IMG/VR virus record: IMGVR_UViG_3300025501_000001
Strand: one strand, 5' to 3'
DNA length: 20,000 nt
Source of the DNA: an uncultured virus (IMG/VR IMGVR_UViG_3300025501_000001)
Lineage: Duplodnaviria; Heunggongvirae; Uroviricota; Caudoviricetes
A model generated the notes under the pieces. The model saw nothing but the letters and a program-made list of their open reading frames with translations. It made no database searches and was not told the DNA's origin. Every line of letters starts with the position of its first letter. Position 1 is the first letter of the stretch. The position numbers were made by a program, and so were the translations under genes. Of this stretch, positions 14,658 to 20,000 are shown in pieces.

Positions 14658-14889
14658 GTTTACGATCGACGAGCTTCTCGATCGGGACGAGGCCCTGCTC
14701 AGGCAGTGCCGGTCCTGCCGCTATCTCATATCCATCCAGGAGATTTCATACCTCCAGGTCCGCGTTGACGATGACGTGGAGTGCAGCAAGGTCGAGCAGG
14801 GCGACCGCGCTTTCATCATTTACAAGGGCGATGGCCGCTGCACCCGCCATGCACCAAGGCTGGTACTCATTCGGGGGGGGGCAGTGTGA
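14566..14889 (+). CDS. Hypothetical Cys-containing protein whose in-frame starts lie inside the heptamer element
   Basis: CRSCRY...CSK...RCTRH after a repeat-derived N-terminus; GTGA coupling to the methyltransferase. Confidence 0.5.
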   Translation: MFKVQGSRFNVEKRGGFLTLNIEHRTSNIEQFTIDELLDRDEALLRQCRSCRYLISIQEISYLQVRVDDDVECSKVEQGDRAFIIYKGDGRCTRHAPRLVLIRGGAV

Positions 14890-16217
14890 GCCTCGAGCTG
14901 AGGGATTACCTATTCCTTGAGACCAGTTTCGGCGCCCTCCATAACGGGCATGTCCTCGACGTGCTTCCGCTTTTTCCTTCCGAGTCTGTTCACTGCATCG
15001 TGACAAGCCCTCCCTATTGGGGCCTCCGCGACTACGGCCTCCCGCCTCAGGTATGGGGCGGAGATCCAGGGTGCGAGCATGAGTGGGGCCACATAGAACG
15101 CGGCAGGCGGAAGGATATTCTTCCCGCAGATATAACGACCCTGTCGTCAAGGACAGGGACCGATCAGAGACAGAATGGCGCTGCGAATAACGGCGGGATG
15201 TTTTGTCGTCTGTGCGGCGCTCTCAAATGTTCCTATGGTCTGGAGCCAACGCCGGAGCTCTACGTCGAGCATACAGTCCAGATTTTTCGTGAGGCCCGGC
15301 GGGTGCTGAGGAAGGACGGGACGCTTTGGCTGAATATGGGAGATTGCTACGCCGGGAAGAGAAACGACAGGGATAACCTTGAGGGCTGGAGCAGGGAAAA
15401 TGCGCGTGGCGGTGGCCACCGAGTCACACAATCACGCCGACGTGACGATGCCCCGATACCCCGGTCCGATTACAAGGTGGCCGGCCTCAAGCCTAAAGAC
15501 CTCGTCATGATGCCTGCTCGAGTAGCCATGGGCCTACAATCGGATGGTTGGTTCTTACGATCTCAAATCCCATGGCTCAAGCGCACGGCTATGCCGGAGA
15601 GCTGCAAGGACCGGCCCACAACGGCGGTCGAGTACATCTTCATGTTCTCCCGATCGGGCAGTTGCCAGTTCTACGTTCACAGGGAGAAGGGCCTGGCAAA
15701 CAGGATTTACGCCCGTCCGGATCCCGATTACAGGTGGAAGAACTCTCACGGAGCCGAGACGGATGCGGAGCCGGACGGATGGCGCGGAAGCGGCCTGTGG
15801 CGCCGGATAAACCTCTGGAGAGAATATGACTACTACTATGATTACGAGGCGGTAAAGCTGCTATCGTCGCCCGGTTCAAAGGCCAGGGCCGCCCGCGCCC
15901 GGCGCAACTCCGACTGGTTTTTCGAGAGCTGGCAGGGCCTGTTACTTGACGAGGACGGGCAACCTTTAGCCTGCACCGTGAACCCAAAAGGACTCGAGGA
16001 TGCCCATTATGCCTCTTTCCCTCCTAAAATGGTTGAGCCCCTAATCCTCGCCGGCTGCCCGGAGGGCGGCACGGTCCTTGATCCCTTCATCGGGTCCGTG
16101 ACCACCGGTCTTGTAGCGGAAAGACTCGGGAGGAAATGGATAGGGATAGAGCTGAGCCTCCCCTACTGCTCGGATATCGCGGCCAAACGGCTCGCCCAGG
16201 GGAGGCTGGTTCTATGA
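14886..16217 (+). CDS. DNA amino-methyltransferase (N4-C/N6-A, beta class)
   Basis: Motif IV CIVTSPPYWG precedes motif I VLDPFIGSVTTG; also RRVLRKDGTLWLNMGD, KPKDLVMMPARVA, HYASFPPKMVEPLILAG. Start GTG 14886. Confidence 0.92.
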   Translation: MSLELRDYLFLETSFGALHNGHVLDVLPLFPSESVHCIVTSPPYWGLRDYGLPPQVWGGDPGCEHEWGHIERGRRKDILPADITTLSSRTGTDQRQNGAANNGGMFCRLCGALKCSYGLEPTPELYVEHTVQIFREARRVLRKDGTLWLNMGDCYAGKRNDRDNLEGWSRENARGGGHRVTQSRRRDDAPIPRSDYKVAGLKPKDLVMMPARVAMGLQSDGWFLRSQIPWLKRTAMPESCKDRPTTAVEYIFMFSRSGSCQFYVHREKGLANRIYARPDPDYRWKNSHGAETDAEPDGWRGSGLWRRINLWREYDYYYDYEAVKLLSSPGSKARAARARRNSDWFFESWQGLLLDEDGQPLACTVNPKGLEDAHYASFPPKMVEPLILAGCPEGGTVLDPFIGSVTTGLVAERLGRKWIGIELSLPYCSDIAAKRLAQGRLVL

Positions 16218-16242
16218 GCACAGGGGGCAGGAGGGCGACGGA

Positions 16243-16686
16243 ATGAGTATTGCTGCCCGGAATTATAGCCGCGTCGAGGTCATGGCTATGCTTGGGCGGG
16301 TTTATGGCTTTGAGATCATCGAGGCGGCCCAGGATAAGAAGCTGAAAAGCGTCGGGCGCGGAGGGCCTGTTGCTCTATGCAAGGGCCGGCATAAATCGGC
16401 CCGAACAGGCTTATTGGAGCAAATAATGCACAAAGAGGGGGGAACAGTGAAGAACACATTGGAAGACCTGAACGATCATCTTTTCGCGCAACTTGAAAGA
16501 TTGTCCGGCGAGGATCTGAAGGGCGACGCCCTGAAGGAAGAAATCGCCCGCGCGGGCGCGGTGAGCAGCATCGCCCGCGACATCGTTGCGGGGGCGTCGC
16601 TGGCCGTCAAGGCGGAGAAGATAAAGATGGACGGCGATATAAAAGACATGCCCAAGATGATCAGGGCCGCGAGCAATGACGGTTAG
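16243..16686 (+). CDS. Conserved-type phage hypothetical protein (core may start at GTG 16447)
   Basis: KNTLEDLNDHLFAQLERL...EEIARAGAVSSIARDIV motif, a type I recall preceding HNH genes in phages. Confidence 0.6.
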   Translation: MSIAARNYSRVEVMAMLGRVYGFEIIEAAQDKKLKSVGRGGPVALCKGRHKSARTGLLEQIMHKEGGTVKNTLEDLNDHLFAQLERLSGEDLKGDALKEEIARAGAVSSIARDIVAGASLAVKAEKIKMDGDIKDMPKMIRAASNDG

Positions 16687-17518
16687 GCACATGCCAGAAG
16701 AGCCGGCGGCGCCGAGGATGCGATGGACGGCGGAGTGGCTTGCCTTCATCGGGGAGGCCTATAAGACGATGACAGCCGAGGGCGTGGCCGAGGCCTTCCG
16801 GTGCCGCTTCGGGCTCAAGGCGACGGCGGGGCAGATAAAGAGCGCCTTCCGCAACCATGGCATAAAATGCGGCCGGAAACACGCCGACCGCATCAAGCGG
16901 CCCCGGCATTGTGACTATACACCCGCGCAGCGCGACTTCATCGTGGAGGGCTACAAGACCATGACGCTCCGCAAGCTGACGGCCGCATTCAACGCGGCTT
17001 TCGGCACAAAAAAGCCCGAAAGCGCGCTCAATGCCTTTTGCGGTAATCATCATGTCTTTTCCGGCCGGACGGGCCGCTTTCCGAAAGGCCACGTACCGGC
17101 GAATAAGGATCATAAAGGCGTCCATTATTCACCCGCAACGGAGTTCAAGAAGGGCCACGTGGATCCCAATCACGTGCGCCCCCTCGGTGCGGAGCGTTAT
17201 GACAAAGGGGTCCTCATGGTCAAGATCGCAGAGAAGAACCTCTATACGGACTGTCCTACGCGTTTCAAGAGAAAAGCAATCGTCGTCTGGGAGCGGGAGA
17301 ACGGCCCCGTCCCCAAAGGGATGATCGTTCGGCAGATCGACGGCAAGCCGGAAAACTGCGAGCCGGAAAACCTTGTCCTTATCTCCAAGGCGCTCAACGC
17401 CCGCCTGAATCAGCGCTATTTCAAGGAAGAGCCGGCCGAGATCAAGCCTACCGTCTTTATCCTGGCGAAGCTCATAACAAAAATGGGCGAGCGGAGGAGG
17501 AAGGTATCCCATGGATAA
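16676..17518 (+). CDS. HNH-endonuclease-like DNA-binding protein (degenerate HNH)
   Basis: Two N-terminal HTH-like repeats, GRFPKGHVPANK/TEFKKGH motifs, and WERENGPVPKGMIVRQIDGKPENCEPENLVLIS, which lacks the usual His residues. Confidence 0.75.
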   Translation: MTVRHMPEEPAAPRMRWTAEWLAFIGEAYKTMTAEGVAEAFRCRFGLKATAGQIKSAFRNHGIKCGRKHADRIKRPRHCDYTPAQRDFIVEGYKTMTLRKLTAAFNAAFGTKKPESALNAFCGNHHVFSGRTGRFPKGHVPANKDHKGVHYSPATEFKKGHVDPNHVRPLGAERYDKGVLMVKIAEKNLYTDCPTRFKRKAIVVWERENGPVPKGMIVRQIDGKPENCEPENLVLISKALNARLNQRYFKEEPAEIKPTVFILAKLITKMGERRRKVSHG

Positions 17519-18554
17519 AAGCATCGACAAAACACAGGCGAAGCTCACCATCTCCAAAGAGCAGTACTGGGATAAGCCGTGGTCGCTTGTGCAGGGTTGT
17601 TCCCCTGTTTCCCCCGGCTGCCTTCACTGCTGGAGCGCGGCTGAGGCGAATATCAGGCAGCATCAGAAGAATCCGATAATCCGCGATCAGTACGCCGGGC
17701 TAACCCATAAGGTCAATGGAATACCGACATTCAACGGAACGGTGCGGCCGAGATGGGACCGCCTGGAGATCCCGCTGAAAACGAAGAAGCCGACCGTCTT
17801 TGCAGTGTGGACGGACCTCTTCCACGAGGGCATGCCCAACAGTTTCATCGCAAGTGCCCTCGCCGTGATGTGCGATGCACGATGCGAGAAGCACACCTTT
17901 CTTATATTGACCAAGCGGCCCGGTCGGTGGCCTCAATTCATGGAATGGTACGGAGAGGCGGCCCGGGGCGCTCCTTCTTTTCTGGGGCGCTTGCCGGACA
18001 ACGTATGGATCATCCCTACGGCTGAGAATCAAGAGCAGGCAGACAAGCGTATCCCGATTGCCTTGCAGATACCGGCCGCGCACCACGGCGTGAGCATAGA
18101 GCCGACGCTGGGAGCGGTGGACTTTAACGCAATACCGAGCTTTGACATTCCAGGAGACAGCGAAGCGGGAAGGTGTTGGCATTATGATGCACCTTGGGAT
18201 GAATATATCGACCTCGTCATCCTCGGATTCGAAACAGGCTCTCATGCCCGACCCGGCCATCCGGATTGGGTGCGGAAGGTCCGCGACGACTGCGCGGCTG
18301 CCGGCGTGCCGTTTTTCTTCAAGGGCTGGGGAGAGTGGATACCCTCTATGGAATACGCCAATATGCACCATCTCGGGCAACACGGCAGGATAAACGCACC
18401 TTGGAAATACATCCGACCGGACGGCCGCGTAACTGACGATTTTATGGACATTGACAGTGGAACGCTTTACGGGATAGTCCACATCGGCCGCAAGAAGGCC
18501 GGTCGTCTCCTCGACGGGATCGAGCACAACGACCTGCCCTGGAGGAAGACATGA
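17511..18554 (+). CDS. Phage Gp37/Gp68 (DUF5131) family protein
   Basis: WSLVQGCSPVSPGCLHCWS, TDLFHE, HTFLILTKRP, SIEPTLG, ARPGHPDWVRKVRDDCAAAGVPFFFKGWGEW, KKAGRLLDG. Confidence 0.9.
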   Translation: MDKSIDKTQAKLTISKEQYWDKPWSLVQGCSPVSPGCLHCWSAAEANIRQHQKNPIIRDQYAGLTHKVNGIPTFNGTVRPRWDRLEIPLKTKKPTVFAVWTDLFHEGMPNSFIASALAVMCDARCEKHTFLILTKRPGRWPQFMEWYGEAARGAPSFLGRLPDNVWIIPTAENQEQADKRIPIALQIPAAHHGVSIEPTLGAVDFNAIPSFDIPGDSEAGRCWHYDAPWDEYIDLVILGFETGSHARPGHPDWVRKVRDDCAAAGVPFFFKGWGEWIPSMEYANMHHLGQHGRINAPWKYIRPDGRVTDDFMDIDSGTLYGIVHIGRKKAGRLLDGIEHNDLPWRKT

Positions 18555-18973
18555 AAGCCCTATCGCTCTGGCAGCCGTGGGCTCTACTTACTGTATTAGG
18601 AGCGAAAAAAATAGAAACGCGGTCCTGGGGCACCCGCTATCGGGGGCCGCTCCTCATTCATGCGGCCAAGACATTCCGAAAAGCAGACCGGCTTCTCTGC
18701 CTTCGCGAACCTTTTGCAAAGGCACTCGTCGACCCGACGAGACAAACCTTCGCTCGCGGGGCCATCATCGGCCGCTGTGACCTCGTCGATGTCCGCTTTA
18801 TGGGTCTCGGCTTCGAGTTTCCTCCGGAGCCGGAGCGCAGCTTCGGGCTTTATGAGCTTGGCCGCTATGCCTGGATGTTCAAAAACGTTGTCCGGTTCAA
18901 GCAGCCCATACCATACCGGGGCGGCCAGAGGATCTTCAACGTCCCGGATGAGCTGATCAGGGAGGCAGTGTGA
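18551..18973 (+). CDS. ASCH domain protein
   Basis: MKALSLWQPWA...GAKKIETRSWGTRYRGPLLIHAAK...GAIIG...PIPYRGGQRIF. Confidence 0.92.
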   Translation: MKALSLWQPWALLTVLGAKKIETRSWGTRYRGPLLIHAAKTFRKADRLLCLREPFAKALVDPTRQTFARGAIIGRCDLVDVRFMGLGFEFPPEPERSFGLYELGRYAWMFKNVVRFKQPIPYRGGQRIFNVPDELIREAV

Positions 18974-18990
18974 AAACAGCCGTTATGGGA

Positions 18991-19042
18991 ATGTTCAAGG
19001 TTCAGGGTTCAACGTTGAACATCGAACGTCGAACCTTGAACA
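18991..19042. repeat. Short palindromic type-A heptamer element
   Basis: ATGTTCAAGGTTCAGGGTTCAACGTTGAACATCGAACGTCGAACCTTGAACA. Confidence 0.9.
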
Positions 19043-19079
19043 GCTCTTTGCCCTCTTCCCCCACCCGGGAGGCAGTGTA

Positions 19080-19793
19080 ATGTCATATGCTCAGGAGTAC
19101 ACCGCTTTTAGCGGCCATTTCGATCAGAAACCGCCGCGCCTGAGGACAAAGGCGCGCATCAGGTTCATTGGCTTCGTCCGGCCGGACGGATACTGGCCGT
19201 ACCCTTACACTATTGAGCAGGCTTTTCACGTCTTTCACTGGATGGTAGTCACGGGGGAGAAATATAGAAAATACGGCTGGCCGGGCGTTTACGATCTCCT
19301 CAGCAAGCAGCCCACATGCCTCGGCATCAGCGAAGTTTACCCTATCACGAGCATAGATGATCTCCGCAGCCGGTTTCACTACGCCCTGCTGTCCCGTTCG
19401 CGGAACTGCTTCGTGCATAACTGGCGGGCCGACAATGGCATATCGGTCACCGCCGAAAAGATATTGACCTTCCCGCACTACGAGCCTTTTCACCCGACAA
19501 GTGCCCACGAGTCGGAGAAGGCCGTCCACGAGGCCCTGTCTTCGCTCCTGGCCGGATCAAGAGGGAAGGTCCTGGGCGTATCGCTCAACCCTTGTCACCC
19601 CAAGGCTACCTGGGTGGGAGGGGTAACCGTGCATATCGACAGGAATGGGTTCTCGTTCATTATGGACTATGGATATGTGGAAGACCTCGGGTGGTGCCAT
19701 ACACTGGCCGCCACGGAAGCCAAAGAGCCGTTCACGGACGTTCTACATCGAGCGGAGGTGACACTTGCAGCTCTCATTGAAGGAAAGAAATGA
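19080..19793 (+). CDS. Hypothetical protein
   Basis: 237-aa ORF with SD GGGAGG; ATGA coupling to the next gene; no motif recognised. Confidence 0.6.
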   Translation: MSYAQEYTAFSGHFDQKPPRLRTKARIRFIGFVRPDGYWPYPYTIEQAFHVFHWMVVTGEKYRKYGWPGVYDLLSKQPTCLGISEVYPITSIDDLRSRFHYALLSRSRNCFVHNWRADNGISVTAEKILTFPHYEPFHPTSAHESEKAVHEALSSLLAGSRGKVLGVSLNPCHPKATWVGGVTVHIDRNGFSFIMDYGYVEDLGWCHTLAATEAKEPFTDVLHRAEVTLAALIEGKK

Positions 19794-20000
19794 TCTCTTC
19801 CGCCGTTTTTTCAGCCTGCCGCAAATATCGCTACGTGCTTCATCGGATCTGGAATGAGAAGAAGCCCTTTGTCATGTTTGTAGGACTAAACCCGAGCACG
19901 GCCAATGAAAAAACGAATGACCCTACTGTCGCGCGTTGTGTCCGGTTTGCTGATTCATGGGACTACGGGGGTATGGTGATGACCAACACCTTTGCATATG
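19790..20000 (+). CDS. DUF1643 family protein, 3'-truncated by the window edge
   Basis: MISSAVFSACRKYRYVLHRIWNEKKPFVMFVGLNPSTANEKTNDPTVARCVRFADSWDYGGMVMTNTFAY: YRYxLxRxW, LNPSTA and DPT motifs. Confidence 0.88.
   Translation, partial: MISSAVFSACRKYRYVLHRIWNEKKPFVMFVGLNPSTANEKTNDPTVARCVRFADSWDYGGMVMTNTFAY

Noticed and set aside
14886..17518. Methyltransferase plus HNH as a restriction-modification system
   Set aside because: The HNH is degenerate and of a common phage early-region type; orphan methyltransferases are routine in temperate phages.

Overview
A 20-kb segment of a temperate phage, apparently in its excised or circular arrangement; the host cannot be named from this window. It starts with tail-tip and tail-fibre genes (1-3852) and two reverse-strand moron-like genes. 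An attP core matching the 3' half of tRNA-Arg(CCT) at ~6018-6062 abuts a tyrosine integrase, followed by a lipoprotein, a cI/cro-type switch and a long rightward early operon (CII-like, Xis-like HTH, OB-fold protein, DNA methyltransferase, HNH-like, Gp37/Gp68, ASCH, DUF1643). The standout is a stand-alone ~199-aa RAMP/Cas7-like gene (11144-11743). It is followed 16 nt later by a non-coding array of ~33 GG(C/T)NN pentamers (11760-11940) with a near-constant GGY and a variable NN, punctuated by GGCA tetramers, and then by a catalytic-domain-only tyrosine recombinase. This looks like a phage-encoded RNA-guided system with a non-contiguous guide code (VIPR-like) rather than CRISPR. Separately, about 10 palindromic elements built of GTTCAAG heptamers, often paired with AGCA(T/G)(A/G)G heptamers, lie mostly at gene boundaries; one is split around a foreign-looking gene. 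All product calls come from motif recognition by eye, not database searches.
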